Part shown: one piece after another, positions 19,532-27,095 of the stretch
How positions within the stretch are numbered: the stretch's first letter is position 1
Layout of the letters: the number at the start of each line of letters is the position of its first letter
NCBI GenBank assembly: GCA_018661775.1
Contig: JABJHO010000051.1
Coordinates: forward strand, 1-52,802
Direction of reading: 5' to 3'
Origin: Candidatus Magasanikiibacteriota bacterium
Lineage (GTDB): Bacteria; Patescibacteriota; Patescibacteriia; Magasanikbacterales; UBA922
Length of the DNA stretch: 52,802 bases
Translations under genes and position numbers: made by a program
Notes under the pieces: model-generated
Database searches by the model: none
Told to the model about the DNA's origin: nothing
What the model saw: only the letters and a program-made list of their open reading frames with translations

Positions 19532-20617
19532 ATGCCATTGTTTAATGCCGACAATTTTTCAAATTCAGTTATTAGTTATAATGATGTTGATTGTGATAAA
19601 AATTTATTCAACAAGATTTTGAATAATTATTTTAGCGAATATAATATTAAGGGTGTAAGCCAGGTAAATCGCTCAGAGATATATTCAGAAAATTATAAGG
19701 TTATTTTGCAAATTGATGGAAATGATAAAAATATTTTATTGAGAAAATATAATTCTTTAGAAGAAAGTCAAATTAAGTTTTATCTGTTGTTTTTAAAAAA
19801 TTTACAACAAAAAGGTGTGCCTGTTGTAGATGTTGTGAAGACAAAAAATGATTTATTTTATGTTAATGTAGGTGGTTCTCAGTATGCGGTATTTGACTTT
19901 GTTGAGTCAGATCATTTTAAGGCTAGTGAGGAAGCTTTTATTTCAGTTGCAAGGTCGGTAGCGAAAATGCATAAAGCTTTTTCGGGTGTTGATACTGAAA
20001 TTATTAAAAAGATTGATGAATTAAGTCAAAATGGTGAGGCATATTTTAATAAAATTAAATTTTACTCAATAAAAGATTTTAATGATATAGAAAAAATTAT
20101 TAATAATAAAAAAAATCTTTCTATAGAAGATAAGTGTGTATTAGACAAATTACCTCTTTTTATAGAAACAGTTGGGTTAATTGAAAAAGAAAGTATTAAT
20201 TTAGGAAAATTAAATAAAGGTTTAATACATTCTGATCTACACCCACATAATTTATTATTAGATGGTGAGTCTGTAAAAGCAATAATTGATTTTGATGGAA
20301 TGAGGGTTAGTCAGGTGGCTCGTGATGTGGCGTTTGCAATTTATCGTTTAGGTAGGCAATTTTTTGCAAATGGTGTTTTATCAGTAGATAAGGATAAAGG
20401 TAATGATTTGGTAAAACTATTCGTTGGTGAGTATGAAAAAATAAATTTAATTAGTAAAGAAGAGAAGCGATTAATGCCATTGTTAGTTAAGGATGAGTTT
20501 ATTAGAAAGATATTATTTGTATTGAATGGGGTGTATAAAGAGGATAATCACACTTGGGCAAAAGATTTGCCTAAGTTTCTTGTATCTATTGGTGAGATAA
20601 ATTATTTTTGGAATTAG
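19532..20617 (+). CDS. APH/choline-kinase-family small-molecule kinase
   Basis: Brenner motif 'LIHSDLHPHNLLLD' followed by 'IIDFDGM'. Confidence 0.65.
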   Translation: MPLFNADNFSNSVISYNDVDCDKNLFNKILNNYFSEYNIKGVSQVNRSEIYSENYKVILQIDGNDKNILLRKYNSLEESQIKFYLLFLKNLQQKGVPVVDVVKTKNDLFYVNVGGSQYAVFDFVESDHFKASEEAFISVARSVAKMHKAFSGVDTEIIKKIDELSQNGEAYFNKIKFYSIKDFNDIEKIINNKKNLSIEDKCVLDKLPLFIETVGLIEKESINLGKLNKGLIHSDLHPHNLLLDGESVKAIIDFDGMRVSQVARDVAFAIYRLGRQFFANGVLSVDKDKGNDLVKLFVGEYEKINLISKEEKRLMPLLVKDEFIRKILFVLNGVYKEDNHTWAKDLPKFLVSIGEINYFWN

Positions 20618-20629
20618 TTGTAACATATT

Positions 20630-21901
20630 ATGAATAAAAAAGATTCTTTAAAAGAAATATTAAATTACACACCTTCTGGTGCGCAGACATTAAGTAAAAA
20701 TCCTACCCAGTATGTGGTTGGTGTAACACCTTTAACTATTGATAGGGCTGAGGGTGTGTATCTTTGGGATGCTGAAGGTAATAAATATTTAGATACTTTA
20801 CTCGCTTTGGGTCCAATGATTTTTGGTTATGCAAATAAAAGGATTAATAAAGTTGTTATAGATCAGATCGATAAGGGCGCGATATATTCTTTGCCATCTA
20901 AGTATGAATTACAATTAGCTAAACTGTTAAAGAGTGTTGTGCCTTGTGCAGAAATGAGTAAATTTGTTTTAGATGGAAATGATGCTACAACTGGAGCTGT
21001 GCGTTTGGCTAGGCATATTACTGGGCAAGATCATGTTGCTAAATGTGGTTATCATGGTTACCAAGACTGGAGTATCTGTACAAAGGAAGGTAGAAATAAT
21101 GGAGTTCCTGAAATAACAAAAAGTCTAACGCATGATTTTAAGTACAATGATATTGATTCATTGGAGAAAATTTTTAAAGAATATCCAGGTAAAATATCTG
21201 CGGTAATATTGGAGCCTGTTTCAGCTGAAAAACCAAAGGATAATTTTTTACAAAGAGTAAAAGAGGTTGCCCATAAAAATGGTGCATTATTAATCTTTGA
21301 TGAAATGGTTACCGGCTTTCGATGGTCTCTTGGTGGGGCGCAAGAATATTTTGATGTTATTCCTGATTTAGCTTGTTTTAGCAAAGCTATTTCAGGTGGT
21401 TATCCAATAGCGATAATTTCAGGAAAAAAAGAATACATGTCTCGTATGGACGAGGTCTTTGTTTCCACTACTTTCTCAGGTTCGGTACTTGGTCTTGTGG
21501 CTGCAATTGAAACAATAAATATGATGAAAGAGTTTGGTGATGTGCAAAAATATATGCATGATCTTGGTGATTATTTTATAAACGAAGGTAATAAAATAGT
21601 AGAAGAAAATAATTTACCAGTTGAATTTACAGGATATGGCCCACACCCTGTAATGGTAATAAAAATTGATGATGAATATGAAAATAGATTATTTAAGTCC
21701 TTTATATATCAAGAAATGAATAAGGCTGGTATACTTTTTAGCAGTTCTTTAATGATTGGGTATGCACACAAGCAAAAGCATATTGATTTTATTTTAGAAA
21801 AATTTAGAGAAGTTTGCGTCAGTCTTTCTGCAATAAAAGATTTGAAAGATATTCAAGATTTACTTGATGGTGACGTGGTTGCGCCTCGTACAGTAAGATA
21901 A
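20630..21901 (+). CDS. Class-III PLP aminotransferase (glutamate-1-semialdehyde aminomutase-like)
   Basis: 'ALLIFDEMVTGFRWSLGGAQ', and 'CFSKAISGGYPIA' with a candidate PLP lysine. Confidence 0.8.
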   Translation: MNKKDSLKEILNYTPSGAQTLSKNPTQYVVGVTPLTIDRAEGVYLWDAEGNKYLDTLLALGPMIFGYANKRINKVVIDQIDKGAIYSLPSKYELQLAKLLKSVVPCAEMSKFVLDGNDATTGAVRLARHITGQDHVAKCGYHGYQDWSICTKEGRNNGVPEITKSLTHDFKYNDIDSLEKIFKEYPGKISAVILEPVSAEKPKDNFLQRVKEVAHKNGALLIFDEMVTGFRWSLGGAQEYFDVIPDLACFSKAISGGYPIAIISGKKEYMSRMDEVFVSTTFSGSVLGLVAAIETINMMKEFGDVQKYMHDLGDYFINEGNKIVEENNLPVEFTGYGPHPVMVIKIDDEYENRLFKSFIYQEMNKAGILFSSSLMIGYAHKQKHIDFILEKFREVCVSLSAIKDLKDIQDLLDGDVVAPRTVR

Positions 21902-21903
21902 TT

Positions 21904-22527
21904 ATGTATATGAATAATATAAAAACAATAATCTTTGATTGGGGTGGTGTTATGTGTAGTGAGGGTGAACCTTTTTCTAGTTTAGCTCTACAGAAGAAGG
22001 TTGGTAAAAAACCAGATGAAATGGTGTTGGATGTTTTAGATATATATAATGATTTTTATCGTGGGGTTTATAATGATAAAGAATTTTGGAATTTAGTGAA
22101 AAAACACTATAGATTGGAGGAAGATGATAGTATAAGTAATAGTGAATTAAACCAAGCATATCTGAAATCATATTTTTTTTGGCCAGAAATGTTAGATTTT
22201 GTAAAAAGCTTGAAAGGTAAATATAAAGTTGGTTTATTGTCTGATATGAATAAAATTATGCGTGATCATATACAAAAAAAACATACTTTGTCCGAAGTTT
22301 TTCAAGAGCAAATGTATAGTTGTGATAAAAATATTAATCTAATCAAAAATGACGGACCAAAAATATTTGAATTAATGATGAAAAAAATGGGTGAGGATAG
22401 TCCGCAATCTTGTTTATTTATTGATAATTCACAAAATAAAATAAATGTAGCAAAAAAATTTGGTATGCACACACTTTTATTTAAAGATGTTGATAGTTTT
22501 TTAGAAGATACTAAAGATTATTTGTAG
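21904..22527 (+). CDS. HAD-superfamily hydrolase/phosphatase
   Basis: Motif I variant 'IIFDWGGVM', 'VGLLSDMN', and 'CLFIDNSQNKINVAKKFGM' (motif IV region). Confidence 0.65.
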   Translation: MYMNNIKTIIFDWGGVMCSEGEPFSSLALQKKVGKKPDEMVLDVLDIYNDFYRGVYNDKEFWNLVKKHYRLEEDDSISNSELNQAYLKSYFFWPEMLDFVKSLKGKYKVGLLSDMNKIMRDHIQKKHTLSEVFQEQMYSCDKNINLIKNDGPKIFELMMKKMGEDSPQSCLFIDNSQNKINVAKKFGMHTLLFKDVDSFLEDTKDYL

Positions 22528-22528
22528 T

Positions 22529-23521
22529 ATGAAAAATATATTAGTTATAGGTGGGGGTTCTATAGGAAAACGCCATATGCGTAATCTTTTAAGTATTGGT
22601 GAGAAAAATGTTTTTGTAGTTGAGCCAAACGAGAAAAGAGCTTTGGAAGAGATTGAAAAGAAACACAATATAAAAACATTTCGCTCTTTAGAGGAGGCTT
22701 ATGATGAGATAAATTTTGACATAGCTTTTGTGTGTAGTCCATCAGTTTTTCATATTGAAAATGCAATGTTTTGTGCAGAAAAGGGGTCTGACTTATTTAT
22801 TGAAAAGCCTTTGTCCCATAATTTGGAGAAGGTTGATGAGTTGTTAAAAATAGTAAAAGATAAGAAGTTAATTACTATGATAGGTAGTAATTGGAAATTT
22901 TATCCCTTATTTAAAAAGATGAAAGAGTTAATAGATGGTAAAGCAATTGGTAAAATTTTTTCAGCTAGGTGTCAATTTGGGCAATACTTACCAGGTTGGC
23001 ATCCATGGGAAGATTATAAAAATGGTTATAGTGCTAATAAAAAATTAGGTGGTGGGGTTTTACTTGACTCTCATGAATTTGATTACCTCACATGGTTTTT
23101 AGGTGGGGTAAAAAAACTAGCGTGTTTTGCAGACAAAGTAAGTGATTTAGAAATTAATACTGAAGATGTTGCAGAAACCATCTTACAGTTTGAAAGTGGT
23201 GTGATAGCAGAAATACATGTGGATTATTTACAGAGATTTTATCAAAGAAATTTTGAGTTTTTTGGTGAGTTGGGTACAATTAAGTGGGATACGAATGAAA
23301 AGAGTGTGGAATTGTTGGTTATTAATAAAGAAAAAGAGGTCTTTAATTTAAATAAAGAGTATGATATAAATGATATGTATATTGATGAAGTAAGGCATTT
23401 TTTAGATAGTGTGCAGAAACGTCAGGATAGTTGTACAAATATTGAGCGTGGTGCGGAGGTTTTGAGATTGATATGTGCCTCAAAGGAGTCCTCGTTGAAT
23501 AACTCTGTATTTATTAATTAA
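22529..23521 (+). CDS. Gfo/Idh/MocA-family NAD(P) oxidoreductase
   Basis: Rossmann N-terminus 'ILVIGGGSIGKRHMRNL' and 'LFIEKPLSHNLEK' (EKP motif). Confidence 0.75.
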   Translation: MKNILVIGGGSIGKRHMRNLLSIGEKNVFVVEPNEKRALEEIEKKHNIKTFRSLEEAYDEINFDIAFVCSPSVFHIENAMFCAEKGSDLFIEKPLSHNLEKVDELLKIVKDKKLITMIGSNWKFYPLFKKMKELIDGKAIGKIFSARCQFGQYLPGWHPWEDYKNGYSANKKLGGGVLLDSHEFDYLTWFLGGVKKLACFADKVSDLEINTEDVAETILQFESGVIAEIHVDYLQRFYQRNFEFFGELGTIKWDTNEKSVELLVINKEKEVFNLNKEYDINDMYIDEVRHFLDSVQKRQDSCTNIERGAEVLRLICASKESSLNNSVFIN

Positions 23522-23526
23522 ATTAT

Positions 23527-24522
23527 ATGTTAATACAAAAAAATAAAGTAACCATAGTTTGTGAAATGTCACAAACTTATGAAGGAAAATTTGATGTTGC
23601 AAGTAAATTAGTAGGCGCGGCAATAGACGCAAAAGCTGATGCTATTAAGTTTCAAGTGTTCAAAGCAGATGAGCTTGGTACAAAGGATTATAAACATTAT
23701 GATCTTTTTACTTCACTAGAATTTACACCAGAGCAATGGGGTGATCTTATAAAACAAGCGCAAGACGGTGGAATATTGGCTTTTGCTGATGTGTTTGGGT
23801 TGGAGAGCGCTCAAATGCTTATTGAAAAAAATATTGATGGATTTAAAATCCACCCGACCGATATAAAAACCCCGCCCCTACTGGAATTTTTGGCAAAGTC
23901 TGGTAAACCATTGATGCTTTCAGTTGGTGGTAGTCATAGGGAGGAAATTGAAAAAGCAATTTCTATATTGAATGAAAATGGTGCAAAAGAAGTGGTGTTG
24001 ATGCATGGCTTCCAGAGTTACCCTACATTAGTGGAGCATACAAATTTAAATAAAATGAGTCTTTTTAAAGATGATTTTGGCTTACCTGTTGGATTTGCTG
24101 ATCATATAGATGGTGATCATTCTATGAGGTATGACTTATGTGCGATGGCATTGGCTATGGGTGCAAGTGTGTTAGAGAAACATATTACTCTAGATAGAAA
24201 ATTGAAAATGGAAGATTATGAGTCAGCGCTTGATCCTAACGACTTTAAGGATTTTGTTGAAAGAATGCGTGAACTTGAGGGCGCGCTTGGTGAAAAAAGC
24301 CTTAAATTAACAGAGCCAGAAATTGTTTATCGTAAAAGCACTAAAAAACACATTGTAGCTGCTGTTGATTTAACCGCTGGTACAGTTTTGAGAGAGGAAA
24401 ATATTTTTATGAAACGCACTGTGGAAGAGTATGAATTTCTAGACAGAGAGCAGATTGTTGGAAAAACTCTGATATCAGAATTAAAAAAAGATCAAGTTGT
24501 TAGGTTGGATAATCTTAAGTAA
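23527..24522 (+). CDS. Divergent NeuB-family (sialic-acid-synthase-like) enzyme with SAF domain
   Basis: NeuB-like 'AIDAKADAIKFQVF', 'GFKIHPTD', 'MLSVGGS', 'VLMHGFQSYPT', 'GFADHIDG' and 'VLEKHITLDR'. The usual N-terminal 'AE(I/V)(G/S)xNHxG' is replaced by 'VCEMSQTYEGK'. Confidence 0.7.
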   Translation: MLIQKNKVTIVCEMSQTYEGKFDVASKLVGAAIDAKADAIKFQVFKADELGTKDYKHYDLFTSLEFTPEQWGDLIKQAQDGGILAFADVFGLESAQMLIEKNIDGFKIHPTDIKTPPLLEFLAKSGKPLMLSVGGSHREEIEKAISILNENGAKEVVLMHGFQSYPTLVEHTNLNKMSLFKDDFGLPVGFADHIDGDHSMRYDLCAMALAMGASVLEKHITLDRKLKMEDYESALDPNDFKDFVERMRELEGALGEKSLKLTEPEIVYRKSTKKHIVAAVDLTAGTVLREENIFMKRTVEEYEFLDREQIVGKTLISELKKDQVVRLDNLK

Positions 24523-24523
24523 T

Positions 24524-25270
24524 ATGCGCTTAGTTTGTACCTTGGCCTGCCGTGTTCAGTCAACACGTCTGTATGGTAAGCCATTACAGTTATTGAGTAT
24601 TGAAGAAAGTCTAAGTATTATAGACTATTTATTGGACCATTTAGGGAGTGTCACTCAAATTGATGAAACTGTTTTAGCTATAAGTGATGGTAAAGAGAAT
24701 ACTCCCTTTATTCGCCTAGCTCAAAGAAGGGGGTTGCGGTATGTCATTGGTGATGAAAGGGATGTTTTGGGAAGATTAATTGCTGCCGGAAAAAAGGGTG
24801 AGGCAGATATTGTTTTTCGTGTAACAAGTGAATGCCCATTTATTTATATGGACGGTTTGAAAGAGGCTTTGCAAAAACATTTGGATAACAATGCATCTCT
24901 TACCGTGATTGAAGGTCTGCCAGAGGGTGCTTATTTTGAATTGATTAATTTAGAAGATTTAGAGGCTGAACATGAGAAAGGTGAAGATAGACACAGGAGT
25001 GAGTTGTGTACTTTGTATATAAATGAAAATCCAGATAAGTTTAAAATTCAGACACTACCTGTTCCAGACAAATCTTTAAAGCGTCCAGATATACGTATCA
25101 CAGTTGATTACCCTGAGGATTTGATAGTGGCTCGTGAATTGTATGAGGCTTTAAAGAAAGAAGGGCAATTTGTTGGTATAAAAGAAATTATTGAATATAT
25201 GGATGCACACCCTAAATTAAATGAAGTTAATAATTGGATTGATGCAGGAAAGGGGAGGATTTGGGATTAG
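24524..25270 (+). CDS. SpsF-type cytidylyltransferase (CMP-sugar synthetase family)
   Basis: 'RLVCTLACRVQSTRLYGKPLQLL' resembles the SpsF/acylneuraminate cytidylyltransferase N-terminus. The track starts at TTG 24497; the ATG at 24524, 2 nt after the upstream stop, is preferred. Confidence 0.7.
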   Translation: MRLVCTLACRVQSTRLYGKPLQLLSIEESLSIIDYLLDHLGSVTQIDETVLAISDGKENTPFIRLAQRRGLRYVIGDERDVLGRLIAAGKKGEADIVFRVTSECPFIYMDGLKEALQKHLDNNASLTVIEGLPEGAYFELINLEDLEAEHEKGEDRHRSELCTLYINENPDKFKIQTLPVPDKSLKRPDIRITVDYPEDLIVARELYEALKKEGQFVGIKEIIEYMDAHPKLNEVNNWIDAGKGRIWD

Positions 25271-25327
25271 AGAAGAATAGGTTTTTTTTGCTAATTTAAT
25301 TAAGATGGGTTTTAGATTAGATACAGT

Positions 25328-27055
25328 ATGAATAAAAAGGACAGGAAGAGAAGGGGGGAAATAAAAAGCTTACTTGTTTTTGCTTTTAGTTTTACAATTT
25401 TTATTTTTGTGACCGGTTTGAGTCTGTCTTATGTCAAGGGGGTAGATAAGTGGATTATAATTTCAAAGATACCACATTCTTTTAGAGTTGTTGGAAGAAA
25501 GGGGTTAAGATTTTTTCAGGATTTGCCATATATAAAGTATGAATTTCAAAAACATGGATTGCCTGTATATAATTTAAAAGTTGACGAAAAAGACCTTAGA
25601 TTTTTGCGTTCAAATATTCCTGATGCGTCTGAGCAAATGACAGATGAGTATAAGGTTTATGTTCCTGCAACATTTGAGTATGGTAGTAAAGAATATGGCG
25701 TGCGTATAAGAAATAGAGGTGTATCAAAGAATCACTGGCTTTGGCCAAAAAAATCAATTAGAGTTCAGTTTAATGATGATCTCTTTCAAGGAATAAAAAA
25801 TTTGAATCTAATTACCCCGACTGATAGGCTTTATTTGGTTGAAGAATTCAATCACTATAGGGCAAAGAGATTGGGGCTTTTTGTGCCTAGAAGTTTTTTT
25901 GTTGTTGTAACTACTAATAGTAAAGATTCAGCAATATACTGGGCAGTTGAACATTATGAAAAAGAAATGTTGGAGACTGCACAAATGAGTTCTGATGCAA
26001 ATTTTTATGGTGAGGGTGATGCGTATATACAGGAAACACTGTATGACTTTTTGTATAGCTCTGTGTTTAACTGGAAAAAGTATAACAATGACGTGAGATT
26101 TAGTGAAGATAATTATGCAGATATTGATTTGTTAATTAATTTGATTAACAGTGAAAATGATACAAGGTTTGCAAATAATATATTTTCTGTAGTAGATGAA
26201 GATAGTTTTTATGCTTGGAGTGTCCACAACGCTTTGGTTTTTGGGCAGCACCAGGATTGGGGTCATAATATTAGATTATATTTTGACTCATCAGTGGGTA
26301 AGTTTAAATTTGTCCCCATAGACGTTGGAATGAAAGATGTTGATAAGGACTTAAGTGGTGAAGATTTTTTTGAGGAGCATACTAATCATCTGATGAATAA
26401 AATTTTATCATTTCCAAGGTTTATGCGGGAGAGAAATAAAAGATTGTGGAATTATCTGAGTGATGATAATAATTTAAAAGAAGAGTTGGAATATTATGAT
26501 CATTTGTATGAGAGAACTAAGGTCGCTTTTTATCAAGATAAAATTAGAAGGATGAATAACCAGCATATTGATAGGCAAGTTTCAGAATATAGACGGAGAA
26601 TAGTTAACAATACAGAGAAATTAAGAAAATTATTTACAGAGGTTGAAATTAGACATTCTTTTAAGCGGGTTGGTGAAGATGTTAAAACAAAAATATACAC
26701 AAAAACTCTTTCCCCGATTATACTTAAAAGTGCGGTGGTTTCAGGTGTGAAAAGTGTTGGTGGTGATATTGCAATTATTGATGAAAATAATAAAGTTGTT
26801 TGTAGGGATGTTGATTTGGTAGAAGAGGGTAAGATCGTTTTAGAATGTGATCCCAACATGATTTTTCCAGATATTTCACAAGTGCAATTAGAGGCCCCAG
26901 ATAATGTGAGTTCAATAGCTGATAAATATTTTAAAGCTAATAAAGTTAATGAAAAAAGAACTAGTTACAGAATAATAGGTGCCAAGAGTGAAAAAATTAG
27001 ATTAGAATTTATAAATTTATATACTAACGAAGTGTCTAGTCTTGATATTAACTAA
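25328..27055 (+). CDS. CotH-family kinase-fold protein, N-terminal membrane anchor
   Basis: Basic N-terminus then one hydrophobic helix ('IKSLLVFAFSFTIFIFVTGLSL'). CotH-like regions: 'YVPATFEYGSKEYGVRIRNRGVSKNHWLWPKKSIRVQF' and 'HQDWGHNIRLYFDSSVGKFKFVPID'. Confidence 0.7.
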   Translation: MNKKDRKRRGEIKSLLVFAFSFTIFIFVTGLSLSYVKGVDKWIIISKIPHSFRVVGRKGLRFFQDLPYIKYEFQKHGLPVYNLKVDEKDLRFLRSNIPDASEQMTDEYKVYVPATFEYGSKEYGVRIRNRGVSKNHWLWPKKSIRVQFNDDLFQGIKNLNLITPTDRLYLVEEFNHYRAKRLGLFVPRSFFVVVTTNSKDSAIYWAVEHYEKEMLETAQMSSDANFYGEGDAYIQETLYDFLYSSVFNWKKYNNDVRFSEDNYADIDLLINLINSENDTRFANNIFSVVDEDSFYAWSVHNALVFGQHQDWGHNIRLYFDSSVGKFKFVPIDVGMKDVDKDLSGEDFFEEHTNHLMNKILSFPRFMRERNKRLWNYLSDDNNLKEELEYYDHLYERTKVAFYQDKIRRMNNQHIDRQVSEYRRRIVNNTEKLRKLFTEVEIRHSFKRVGEDVKTKIYTKTLSPIILKSAVVSGVKSVGGDIAIIDENNKVVCRDVDLVEEGKIVLECDPNMIFPDISQVQLEAPDNVSSIADKYFKANKVNEKRTSYRIIGAKSEKIRLEFINLYTNEVSSLDIN

Positions 27056-27095
27056 TATTGACCTGATTACATTTTTAGTATAATATACTTTTACT

